64,000 nt of DNA, taken from the NCBI GenBank assembly GCA_029256575.1, contig JAQSXR010000002.1, positions 8,272 to 72,271 of the forward strand. The letters are read 5' to 3'. The translations under genes were made by a program, and so were the position numbers. The DNA is from Clostridiales bacterium (GTDB lineage: Bacteria > Bacillota > Clostridia > Lachnospirales > JAQSXR01). Below are positions 32,540 through 41,079 of this stretch, one piece after another; position 1 is the stretch's first letter; every line of letters starts with the position of its first letter. Under the pieces are notes generated by a model. It ran no database searches. It worked only from the letters and a program-made list of their open reading frames with translations, and was not told the DNA's origin.

Positions 32540-32902
32540 CTATCCTTCTCCCACAGCAACAGCCACAGATAATTCACTCGTATTTGATATCGTAACAAAA
32601 AGAGAGCTTATTCCAAGCAATTGGCTAATCTCTTTTGCATTCCCTAGCAAATTAACATAAGGTTTTCCCATCTTATCTCTTAAAACTTCTATTTCATTAA
32701 GACCAAATCCACGAACTCCAGTTCCAAAAACTTTCGATACTGCTTCTTTTACTGCAAAATTATCAATAGCAATGATTAAACCTTTTTCATCGATTAAAAT
32801 CAGTTCTTCTTTTGAATAATATTTATTTAAGAATGATGCACTATCTTTCATATTCGTAAACCTTTTACTTTCAACTATATCAACGCCTAATCCTTTAATC
32901 AT
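32540..32902 (-). CDS. acpS: Holo-[acyl-carrier-protein] synthase
   Basis: 120 aa with the MIKGLGVDIVE N-terminus typical of AcpS. Confidence 0.85.
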   Translation of the reverse strand: MIKGLGVDIVESKRFTNMKDSASFLNKYYSKEELILIDEKGLIIAIDNFAVKEAVSKVFGTGVRGFGLNEIEVLRDKMGKPYVNLLGNAKEISQLLGISSLFVTISNTSELSVAVAVGEG

Positions 32903-32957
32903 ATGACACCACTCTTTTATTCTTATTATACTTATAATTCTTTTATATTTTTAGTTT

Positions 32958-33593
32958 TTATTCTTCTTTATTCTTTTTTTCAAAATGCTCGTATCGGTTG
33001 AGATCCATTAACTCTAAGATATCTGGTCCTAATACATCGTGTAAATAAGTGTAAATCATTGAATTCTCTTCCTTCATCTCTTGCATTTGAATTATTTTTT
33101 CTTTTATCATTTCTCTTGTTTCTTTTATATACCGATCTAGTTTATTTATGGATTCCGTATTAACTTGCATCCTATTGTAACAGTATTCCATACTCTCAGC
33201 TAGAAGTTCTTTATTTGATCGATCAAGTTCTCTTGGTATTGCTGTTAATTCGTCTTGAGTCTTTTCCATCTTAACATTCAATTCTTCAACTATCTTTTTA
33301 CCTTGTTCTAATTTATTTTGCTCCTTATTATTCGCGTCTTCTAAAGCACCTTGCATATTATCAACTATTCCATCTAATAGCTTTTTTTTCAGATTAGTAA
33401 ACTCTTGTAAATCCGATCTAAGTCTTCCATGTTTTTTTAGCTCATTATTCACTTTTGCTTCAAGAGATTTAATCTTGAAACTCTTTGCTTTATTTGGGAA
33501 AAGTTCATGCCATCTTGCGTCAAGGGTTAATATCGGAACCCTTTTATTTTGTACAGCCATTTGATAATTTATTTTATTTTTTTTAGATCCCAT
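32958..33593 (-). CDS. Hypothetical coiled-coil protein
   Basis: 211 aa, rich in K/E/L heptad-like sequence. No family was recognised. Confidence 0.4.
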   Translation of the reverse strand: MGSKKNKINYQMAVQNKRVPILTLDARWHELFPNKAKSFKIKSLEAKVNNELKKHGRLRSDLQEFTNLKKKLLDGIVDNMQGALEDANNKEQNKLEQGKKIVEELNVKMEKTQDELTAIPRELDRSNKELLAESMEYCYNRMQVNTESINKLDRYIKETREMIKEKIIQMQEMKEENSMIYTYLHDVLGPDILELMDLNRYEHFEKKNKEE

Positions 33594-33763
33594 TCATTAC
33601 CCCCCAATTATTACAAATTTCTCTATTATATTATATATCTTTTAATATAACGTTGCAAGAACTTTGAGGTTATGCAATTCTTAACCTGTAAAAAATAATG
33701 ACAAAAGACAGGCAGAACGTTTCCACTTATAAACGTCTACTTGTCTCTAGCTATTGTTTCATT

Positions 33764-34405
33764 TTATTTTTTGGTTTTATTTTCTGCATCCTTTAGCTTA
33801 TATGACAATGTCATAAGGCTATCGGACAAATGAACATTTTCTACTGTTACTTTATCGCTAACATTTAAATCGACAGGAGCAAAGTTCCATATTGCCTTTA
33901 TGCCCCATTTTTCTAAATCGTTTGCAAGTTCAGGTGCATTACTCTTAGGAATAGTAAGTACTGCTATTTGAATATTTTTACTCTTGATGAACTCCTTTAG
34001 ATCAGCTACATCTTGAACTATAATATTATGCATAGTATTTCCTATTACTTTAGGATTAGAATCAAATACCCCTTTAAAAATAAATCCTCTTTTTTCAAAA
34101 TCCGTATACTTAATTATTGCTTGTCCTAAATTACCAGCCCCAATGATAACAAGACTATGTTTCTTTTCTAACCCTAATATCTTACCTATTTCTTCATATA
34201 ATGTTTCCACATTATATCCATATCCTTGCTGCCCAAATCCACCAAAATTATTTAAATCCTGTCTTATTTGAGAAGCTGTAACTTTCATTTTTTCGCTTAA
34301 TTCCTTTGACGAAATTCTAACTATTCCATCATCAAGCAAGTCACCCAAGTACCTATAGTATCTAGGTAATCTTTTGATAACTGCAATCGATATCTTATTG
34401 ATCAC
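33764..34405 (-). CDS. rex: Redox-sensing transcriptional repressor Rex
   Basis: IKRLPRYYRYL winged-helix motif plus a GAGNLG Rossmann motif. A GTG start follows GGAGGCGGTATT. Confidence 0.9.
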   Translation of the reverse strand: MINKISIAVIKRLPRYYRYLGDLLDDGIVRISSKELSEKMKVTASQIRQDLNNFGGFGQQGYGYNVETLYEEIGKILGLEKKHSLVIIGAGNLGQAIIKYTDFEKRGFIFKGVFDSNPKVIGNTMHNIIVQDVADLKEFIKSKNIQIAVLTIPKSNAPELANDLEKWGIKAIWNFAPVDLNVSDKVTVENVHLSDSLMTLSYKLKDAENKTKK

Positions 34406-34589
34406 AATACCGCCTCCAAACATATATGTTTACTTAATTATAAGTATACGTTAAATAAATGTCAAATATATTTTCTATAGAGCATACAGACTTTCCTTGA
34501 ACTTTCATTATCTTTACTATATAATTATCAAAGACAGGGAGCGTTAAACATATGCTCAACTAGAAATTTTACGTATTTTGGAGGATTTT

Positions 34590-36485
34590 ATGATACTAGC
34601 TTGTAAAAATATTAGTATGGCATATGGAGATGTACAAGTACTATCTAATATTGCTTTTCATATAGAAGAAAATGAAAAAGTGGCTATTGTAGGTGCTAAT
34701 GGTGCTGGAAAAACGACTCTTTTCAAAATTATAACAGGGAGTCTAAAACCAACTGATGGTCAAGTAATAACATCAACAAACCTTTCTATTGGTTACCTAG
34801 CACAAAATCAAACTATTTCTTCAGATACAACAATCTATGAAGAAATATTAAAAACGAAACAACATATAATTGATCTTGAAACTAAAATTCACGATCTAGA
34901 ATTTAAGATGAAAACTTTAAAAGGTGATGAACTAGAACAAACTTTAAAAACATATGCTAATTTCACACATACTTTTGAAATTGAAAATGGATATGCATAC
35001 AAAAGTGAAGTTATTGGCATTTTAAAAGGCCTTGGTTTTACAGAAGAAGACTTTACAAAAAAAGTTACACTATTATCTGGTGGTCAAAAAACAAGACTTT
35101 ATTTAGCTAAGTTACTAATCACAAAGCCAAATTTGTTACTTCTCGACGAACCTACCAACCATCTAGATATGAACTCTATTGCCTGGTTAGAAACCTTCTT
35201 AATTAATTATAAGGGTGCAATATTAATTGTATCTCATGATAGATACTTTATGGATAAGGTAGTAACTAAAATTATTGATATAGACGCAACAAAAGCCCAT
35301 GTTTACAATGGTAGTTATAGTGAATTTGTTATTAAAAAAGAAGATGTAATAAACGTTCAGCTAAAGCAATTCATGAATCAGCAAAAAGAAATCAGCCGTC
35401 AAGAAGAAATAATAAAACAACTTCGTGCTTTTAATCGAGAAAAATCTATTAAACGTGCTGAGAGCCGTGAAAAAATGTTAGATAAAGTAGAGAAACTGGA
35501 TAAACCAATCGTTCACCAAGATCAAATACATTTCAGCTTAGAACCAAAACATATTAGCGGAAATGATGTCCTATCCATCAAAGAAATAAGCAAATCTTTT
35601 GACAAACTCCACTTATTTAGTGATGCTTCTTTTGAAATTAAACGTAGTGAGAAAGTTGCTCTTATCGGTAACAATGGTACCGGTAAAACTACTATCTTGA
35701 AAATGCTAATTAATCAATTAGCTCCTGACTCAGGCGAAATAAAGCTTGGGGCAAAGGTTAAGGTGGGTTACTATGACCAGGAACATCAAGTTTTAGATAT
35801 GAACAAATCATTATTTGATGAAGTTTCTGATGCATATCCAAATCTTTCACAAACTGAAATTAGAAACGTTCTTGCTGCATTCCTTTTCACTAATGATGAT
35901 GTTTTTAAACTAATAGGTTCACTTAGCGGTGGCGAACGTGGTCGAGTTTCTCTCGCAAAACTAATGCTTTCAGAAGCAAATTTTCTTTTACTAGATGAGC
36001 CAACGAATCATTTAGATATTGCTTCAAAGGAAATACTAGAATCTGCTTTAGCAAGATATACCGGGACCGTTCTATTTATCTCACATGACCGCTATTTCAT
36101 TAATAAAACTGCTAACAGGATATTAGAACTTACACCATCAGGAATGATTAGTTATGATGGTAATTATGATTATTACTTAGAAAAAAAAATAGCTCCTGCT
36201 GTCAATAACGACAATAATGAGTCAATTGAAATATCCTACGTGAAGGAAGACTGGTTAAAGAAAAAAGAGGATCAATCCAAAGAGCGTAAAAAGCAAACTG
36301 AGATATCAAATATCGAAAAAAGAATCTCAACTATCGAATCAAGATGCTCTGAAATCGATAATCTACTATGTATGGAAGAAGTTTATACGAATCACACCGA
36401 ATCACTACGACTTCACGAGGAAAAATCGGTTCTAGATAATGAACTTATTACCCTATACGAAAAATGGGATCAATTAAATGATTAA
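34590..36485 (+). CDS. ABC-F family ATPase (two ABC domains, no TM domain, C-terminal coiled coil)
   Basis: Two Walker A motifs (GANGAGKTT, GNNGTGKTT) and two signature motifs (LSGGQKTR, LSGGERGR). Start follows GGAGG. Confidence 0.85.
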   Translation: MILACKNISMAYGDVQVLSNIAFHIEENEKVAIVGANGAGKTTLFKIITGSLKPTDGQVITSTNLSIGYLAQNQTISSDTTIYEEILKTKQHIIDLETKIHDLEFKMKTLKGDELEQTLKTYANFTHTFEIENGYAYKSEVIGILKGLGFTEEDFTKKVTLLSGGQKTRLYLAKLLITKPNLLLLDEPTNHLDMNSIAWLETFLINYKGAILIVSHDRYFMDKVVTKIIDIDATKAHVYNGSYSEFVIKKEDVINVQLKQFMNQQKEISRQEEIIKQLRAFNREKSIKRAESREKMLDKVEKLDKPIVHQDQIHFSLEPKHISGNDVLSIKEISKSFDKLHLFSDASFEIKRSEKVALIGNNGTGKTTILKMLINQLAPDSGEIKLGAKVKVGYYDQEHQVLDMNKSLFDEVSDAYPNLSQTEIRNVLAAFLFTNDDVFKLIGSLSGGERGRVSLAKLMLSEANFLLLDEPTNHLDIASKEILESALARYTGTVLFISHDRYFINKTANRILELTPSGMISYDGNYDYYLEKKIAPAVNNDNNESIEISYVKEDWLKKKEDQSKERKKQTEISNIEKRISTIESRCSEIDNLLCMEEVYTNHTESLRLHEEKSVLDNELITLYEKWDQLND

Positions 36486-36566
36486 CAAATTTACTATTAA
36501 TTAATTTGAATTTTTTATATCCTATAATGATAATACAAATCAAATATAAACGTTATTCAATATACT

Positions 36567-36610
36567 AAAAAAGAATGGTACCACACAATACGTGGTGCCA
36601 TTCTTTCTAT
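36567..36610. terminator. Bidirectional terminator between the ABC-F gene and tdk
   Basis: A 13-bp stem (36572-36584 / 36592-36604, one G-U pair) is flanked by A-runs and T-runs. Confidence 0.7.
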
Positions 36611-36635
36611 TATTCGAGACTTTAGGTCCCAGAGT

Positions 36636-37193
36636 TTAGATTTTTCCTTCAACCCAACATTGATAACACATTGCTTGGTACTTATCATCCCCACCTAGTA
36701 CAATTTGATCTCCATCATAAACTATCTTACCCTCATTATGTCTTGCATTCACAATTGCTTTTCTTCCACATCGACACATTGATTTTATTTCTCTTATTGC
36801 ATCAGCAACTTCTAATAACCTTTTACTTCCCTCAAATAAATTACACATAAAGTCAGTTTTTAAACCGTAACAGTAAACAATTACTCCTTTATCAACAATA
36901 TATCTTAATTCATCAACTTGTGATTTGGAAAGAAACTGAGCTTCATCTACAATTAATATATCGTAATTACTTTCATCACCGACTACATCTAATATCTTTT
37001 CCGAAGCCTTAACTACCATAGCCTCTGCTGATAATCCAATTCTTGATTTAACGGTTGTAATACCATCTCTATTATCAATACCCGGTTTTAGAAGGATTAC
37101 TCTTTTGCCGTGTTCTTGCATATTAAATCTAGTCATTAAAGCATTCGCTGTCTTACTCGACCCCATTGCTCCATAGTAAAAATACATCTTCAT
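36636..37193 (-). CDS. tdk: Thymidine kinase
   Basis: P-loop GAMGSSKT and a C-terminal Zn-binding CxxC...C..C. Start follows GGGAG. Confidence 0.9.
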   Translation of the reverse strand: MKMYFYYGAMGSSKTANALMTRFNMQEHGKRVILLKPGIDNRDGITTVKSRIGLSAEAMVVKASEKILDVVGDESNYDILIVDEAQFLSKSQVDELRYIVDKGVIVYCYGLKTDFMCNLFEGSKRLLEVADAIREIKSMCRCGRKAIVNARHNEGKIVYDGDQIVLGGDDKYQAMCYQCWVEGKI

Positions 37194-37295
37194 ATATAAG
37201 CTCCCAGTCATATTTATTTTTGTCTATGTGATTATTATATATTATTTTACGACATATTACAATTTCAAAATACCTATTAAGACATTAACACAATG

Positions 37296-37328
37296 AAAAA
37301 GGAATCTCAAAAATTTGAGATTCCTTTT
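37296..37328. terminator. Terminator hairpin immediately downstream of the tRNA
   Basis: Stem GGAATCTCAAA / TTTGAGATTCC, with A/T runs on both sides. Confidence 0.75.
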
Positions 37329-37334
37329 GTTTAA

Positions 37335-37406
37335 CAGCCCATACGGGAGTCGAACCCGTGTCTTAGCACTGAGAATGCCACATCTTGACCACTTGACCAA
37401 TGAGCC
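37335..37406 (-). tRNA. tRNA-Glu (anticodon CTC), no encoded CCA
   Basis: The reverse complement, GGCTCATTGGTCAAGTGGTCAAGATGTGGCATTCTCAGTGCTAAGACACGGGTTCGACTCCCGTATGGGCTG, folds as a cloverleaf. The anticodon loop is TTCTCAG and the T-loop is GGTTCGACTCC. Architecture parallels Firmicute tRNA-Glu. Confidence 0.8.
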
Positions 37407-37546
37407 TAATCTTTTATAAGCACCCTTAAATAGCTAATATTTAAAAACACCCATATTTAAGACAAGTGTTAGTATATCATCTTTAAAATTAATTGGCAAG
37501 CGTTTTTTTTGTTTTCTTGAAGCTCTTCTATTCTTCAAAAAAAGGC

Positions 37547-37575
37547 TTGCATATTAAATAAATATAATATATAAT
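37547..37575 (+). promoter_or_regulatory. SigA-type promoter for the thiT leader (TTGCAT-N17-TATAAT)
   Basis: -35 element TTGCAT at 37547-37552 and -10 element TATAAT at 37570-37575, with exactly 17 nt between them. Confidence 0.65.
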
Positions 37576-37584
37576 CTAGCTACA

Positions 37585-37670
37585 ACTTAATGGGGTGCTG
37601 ATTTTATTGGCTGAGAGGAACTTTAGTTCTAACCCTTAAACCTGATCTGGATAATGCCAGCGTAGGAAAA
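37585..37670 (+). promoter_or_regulatory. TPP (THI-box) riboswitch aptamer
   Basis: Shows the conserved blocks GGGGTGC, CTGAGA and ACCCTTAAACCTGATCTGGATAATGCCAGCGTAGG. Confidence 0.9.
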
Positions 37671-37695
37671 AGAGCAAAGTTAAATTGCGTTTTCA

Positions 37696-37726
37696 TGTGC
37701 CCTGGTGTTACCAGAGCACATTTTTT
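37696..37726 (+). terminator. Riboswitch expression-platform terminator
   Basis: Stem TGTGCCCTGG / CCAGAGCACA is followed by TTTTTT, just before the thiT RBS (AGGAGG). Confidence 0.8.
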
Positions 37727-37744
37727 AATACTAGGAGGCTCTTA

Positions 37745-38314
37745 ATGAAAAACAAAAATGTAGAAAAATTAGTAACCAGTGCAATAATGATTGCATTAGC
37801 AACTGTGTTAAGTATGCTTAAGATTTGGGAACTACCAATGGGCGGTTCTATAACTTTATTTTCAATGTTACCAATATGTGTTATAGGATATAAATATGGT
37901 GTTAAACATGGTCTATATGTTGGCTTTGTTTATGGATTATTCCAATTGATTTTAGGAGTTAGTGGACTTAAAGGGTTATCACTTGCTACTGTTATTGGAG
38001 CTATTTTCCTTGATTATCTAATCGCTTTCTCAGTCTTAGGATTCAGTGGTTTATTCCGTAACAATAAAAAAATGAGCTTATCTCTTTCATTAGCTCTAGG
38101 TTGTGGTTTAGCTGGATTTCTAAGATTCCTCTGTCACTTTATTTCTGGCTACTTATTATGGGCCATATGGGCTGAAAAAGTTGGTTGGGCTGCTATCGTT
38201 TATTCTTTCCAATACAATATATCCTATATGGGTATTGAAACTGTTCTTACAGTAATAGCTGCTGGTATTATCGGTGCTGCTATCCCTAAAAATTTACTAA
38301 TCAATAATAAATAG
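37745..38314 (+). CDS. thiT: ECF-transporter S component for thiamine (ThiT-like)
   Basis: About 189 aa with 6 TM segments, directly downstream of the TPP riboswitch. Start at MKNKNVEKLV follows AGGAGG. Confidence 0.8.
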   Translation: MKNKNVEKLVTSAIMIALATVLSMLKIWELPMGGSITLFSMLPICVIGYKYGVKHGLYVGFVYGLFQLILGVSGLKGLSLATVIGAIFLDYLIAFSVLGFSGLFRNNKKMSLSLSLALGCGLAGFLRFLCHFISGYLLWAIWAEKVGWAAIVYSFQYNISYMGIETVLTVIAAGIIGAAIPKNLLINNK

Positions 38315-38503
38315 CATAAAGGGCATAACAAGATATGTTCATATTTTACATATGCAATAAATAGTCATATCATTACATAATATATCAATCATCAATATTT
38401 CTATCAATTTTAGAAATATCATTTATTTTTCTTTTTAGATATATCACTAGAATATTTATTAGTATTTGCAAAACGAATCTATAAAAACATATATTAAACG
38501 TGT

Positions 38504-38541
38504 AAAAAAATACTATATCATTTGAGATATAGTATTTTTTT
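38504..38541. terminator. Bidirectional terminator (A7 - 9-bp stem - T7)
   Basis: Stem TACTATATC / GATATAGTA is flanked by AAAAAAA and TTTTTTT. Confidence 0.7.
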
Positions 38542-38585
38542 ACTTTGCTTCTCTGCTTATATTAAAATAGAGAGCCTTTCGGCTC

Positions 38586-38939
38586 TTAATTTCCACCTGT
38601 TCCAGTTCCACCAGTTCCTGTACCTGTTCCAGTTCCACCAGTTCCTGTTCCACCATTACCAGTTCCACCTGTTCCTGTTCCTGTTCCTGTTCCTGTTCCT
38701 GTTCCTGTACCTGTACCTGTACCTGTTCCAGTACCAGTTCCGCCTGTTCCCGTTGTAGTAGTTGTAACATTTCCGTTATTATTATCATCGTTATTATTCG
38801 TTCCATTTGTTGTTGTAGTAATAGTATTCGCTGTATTGTCTTCCTCTGTTGTATCATCAGCACATGCAGTAAAACTCATTGCTACAACTAATAATACTGT
38901 AATTAATAATAGTCTTGAAATAATATTTCTTTTTTTCAT
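38586..38939 (-). CDS. Lipoprotein consisting of a signal peptide plus Thr/Asn/Asp/Gly low-complexity sequence with a long Gly-Thr dipeptide tract
   Basis: Signal peptide MKKRNIISRLLLITVLLVVAMSFTAC contains a lipobox Cys. The mature part is only T/N/D/E/G, ending in (GT)n. A hairpin terminator (AGAGCC/GGCTCT) overlaps the stop codon. Confidence 0.7.
   Translation of the reverse strand: MKKRNIISRLLLITVLLVVAMSFTACADDTTEEDNTANTITTTTNGTNNNDDNNNGNVTTTTTGTGGTGTGTGTGTGTGTGTGTGTGTGTGGTGNGGTGTGGTGTGTGTGGTGTGGN
38669..38728. repeat. Hexanucleotide microsatellite (CTGTTC x6 then CTGTAC x3) inside the lipoprotein gene
   Basis: Read directly from the sequence. On the minus strand it encodes the perfect GT dipeptide run. 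Confidence 0.9.
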
Positions 38940-39178
38940 TTCTTTTCCTCCATATAATAAATTAAGTTAATTGTAATTAACATCAATAATATTATGTGCA
39001 GAAAATATTAATCTAACCGTTATGATCAATGTATTATATTCCCATTTAAAATACTTCATTAAAAAATAGGAGAACACAAATATATCTGTTTTCTCCTATC
39101 TCAATGTAGTTTTGTAATCATTTATACTTAATATAATTTAATTTAAATTAATTTAATTTTTAATTTTTTTAACATAAT

Positions 39179-39862
39179 CTATAATAACTGTTCTTTTGCC
39201 ATCTTTGCAAGTCTTTCAGCAGAGTTTTTGATATGCAAATTTGCTAGTCTTTCTGCTTCATCTGCATCTCTATTCTTAAATGCCTCTACTAATGACTCAT
39301 GCTCTTTAACTGACATTACTGCTCTTTCATAAGACGAAAGTGATGCTTGGCGGTTCTTTTCAACATAATGATGAAAATCAGATAAAACATGTCGTAATTG
39401 CCTACTATTTGATGCTTCATATATTATATCATGGAATTTATTATCTAGTTCATATAGAGTATCTAAATGTCCTTTTTTTAAATGAAATTCTGATAAGTAT
39501 AGTATTTCTTCAAGTTGCTCTATTTGTTGATCTGTTATATTCGTGATTGCCCACCTAGCACTTAATCCTTCAAGAACAGAACGTATAGCATATATGTCTA
39601 GAACATCTTTTGCATCAAGACCAGTAACAACAGCACCTTTATTAGGAATTACTGATACTAAGCCTTCTAATTCTAATTGCCTTATTGCCTCTCGCACAGG
39701 TGTACGACTTACACCTAACTCGGTAGATATCGTTGTCTCCCGAAGCTCATCATTACGTTTATATCTTCCATATAAAATATCTTCTCGTAGCTTGTTAAAT
39801 ACTCTACCTCGTAAGGAGTATTTATCAGTTACTTCACTTTGAACACTATTATCACTGCCCAA
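39179..39862 (-). CDS. GntR-family transcriptional regulator (FCD subfamily)
   Basis: N-terminal winged HTH (ELGVSRTPVREAIRQLELEGLV) and an all-helical FCD-like C-terminal domain. TTG start follows GGAGGAG. Confidence 0.85.
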   Translation of the reverse strand: MGSDNSVQSEVTDKYSLRGRVFNKLREDILYGRYKRNDELRETTISTELGVSRTPVREAIRQLELEGLVSVIPNKGAVVTGLDAKDVLDIYAIRSVLEGLSARWAITNITDQQIEQLEEILYLSEFHLKKGHLDTLYELDNKFHDIIYEASNSRQLRHVLSDFHHYVEKNRQASLSSYERAVMSVKEHESLVEAFKNRDADEAERLANLHIKNSAERLAKMAKEQLL

Positions 39863-39907
39863 TTGAAGCTCCTCCTCTATATATTACCCTATTTTCAAAG
39901 CCTATAT

Positions 39908-41056
39908 TTAACATTTCTTAATCGTTTCCATTATATAATCTGCAAATTCAGCACCTGTAGCTCCATTATCTCTGCCTGTCATCACAAGTTTCTTTTCAGT
40001 TACAGTACATATATCAAGAGCCTTATAAAGTTTATCTGATTTCTCAGAATATCCAATATGTGCAAGAAGCATTGCGCCTGCACGTATTACACTACAAGGA
40101 TCTGCGTAAATATCTCTACCTTCATCAACCATACGAGGGGCTGATCCATGGATTGCTTCAAACATTGCATATCTCTTTCCTATATTTGCTGATCCAGCTG
40201 TTCCTACTCCGCCTTGAATTTCGGCTGCTTCATCCGTTAATATATCACCATATAAATTTGGAAGTATGAGGACTTGGAAGTCTGATCTTCTTTTTTCATC
40301 GATTAATTTTGCAGTCATGATGTCAATATACCAATCATCCATTGAAATTTCAGGATATTCAGTTGCAATTTGCTTACAAATATCTAAGAATTTACCATCT
40401 GTTGTCTTAACAACATTTGCTTTTGTAACTACAGTAACTTTTGTTTTCCCATTTTTACGGGCATAATCAAATGCAGCTCTAGCTATTCTTTCTGTTCCTT
40501 GCGTAGTTGTAACTGCAAAGTCAAATGCTAAATCTTCACTAACTTGAACCCCTTTACTTCCAAGCACGTAGGATCCTTCTGTGTTTTCTCTATAAAATGT
40601 CCAATCGATACCTAATTCTGGTACTCTAACTGGTCTTACATTTGCAAATAAATCTAATTCTTTTCTCATTGCTACATTGGCACTTTCAACATTTGGCCAT
40701 TTGTCGCCTTTTCTAGGAGTTGTTGTTGGTCCTTTTAATATTACATGACATTCCTTGAGGTTAGCTAACACATCCTCAGGAATCGCTTTATTTGCTGCTG
40801 CTCTATTTTCAATTGTTAGTCCATCAATGATTCTAAATTCTACTTTACCAGTCTTCACTTCATTCTCTAGTAAATATTCAAGTACTCTATGGCCTTGTTC
40901 TGTTATTGCTGGCCCAATACCATCTCCACCGCAAACACCAATTATTATTTTATCTAATTCTTCGAATTTTAGAAAGTCACCTTGTTGTTTCATCATTTCA
41001 ACACGTTCTAATTGTTCTCTAACAACAGCTTCAAATTTCTCTAAGTAAGCTTGCAT
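39908..41056 (-). CDS. icd: Isocitrate dehydrogenase (isocitrate/isopropylmalate dehydrogenase family)
   Basis: 382 aa with beta-decarboxylating dehydrogenase motifs (NLYGDILTDEAA, GSAPR). Lies in an operon with the aconitase and citrate synthase genes. Confidence 0.75.
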   Translation of the reverse strand: MQAYLEKFEAVVREQLERVEMMKQQGDFLKFEELDKIIIGVCGGDGIGPAITEQGHRVLEYLLENEVKTGKVEFRIIDGLTIENRAAANKAIPEDVLANLKECHVILKGPTTTPRKGDKWPNVESANVAMRKELDLFANVRPVRVPELGIDWTFYRENTEGSYVLGSKGVQVSEDLAFDFAVTTTQGTERIARAAFDYARKNGKTKVTVVTKANVVKTTDGKFLDICKQIATEYPEISMDDWYIDIMTAKLIDEKRRSDFQVLILPNLYGDILTDEAAEIQGGVGTAGSANIGKRYAMFEAIHGSAPRMVDEGRDIYADPCSVIRAGAMLLAHIGYSEKSDKLYKALDICTVTEKKLVMTGRDNGATGAEFADYIMETIKKC

Positions 41057-41079
41057 TCTATTTCCTCCTAAGTGCTTTA

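Noticed and set aside
34552-34563. Three-codon uORF (MLN) with an AGGGAG RBS upstream of the ABC-F gene, as a possible ribosome-stalling attenuator like those of antibiotic-resistance ABC-F genes
   Set aside because: There is no terminator or anti-terminator hairpin between the uORF and the ABC-F start. Nothing in the sequence marks this ABC-F as an ARE subtype.
38522-38863. Alternative-frame ORFs across the GT repeat (a poly-FL/LF frame on the plus strand and a poly-EQ/VQ frame on the minus strand)
   Set aside because: Only the 38586-38939 minus frame has an RBS-proximal ATG, a lipoprotein signal peptide and a terminator. The others are repeat-induced open frames.
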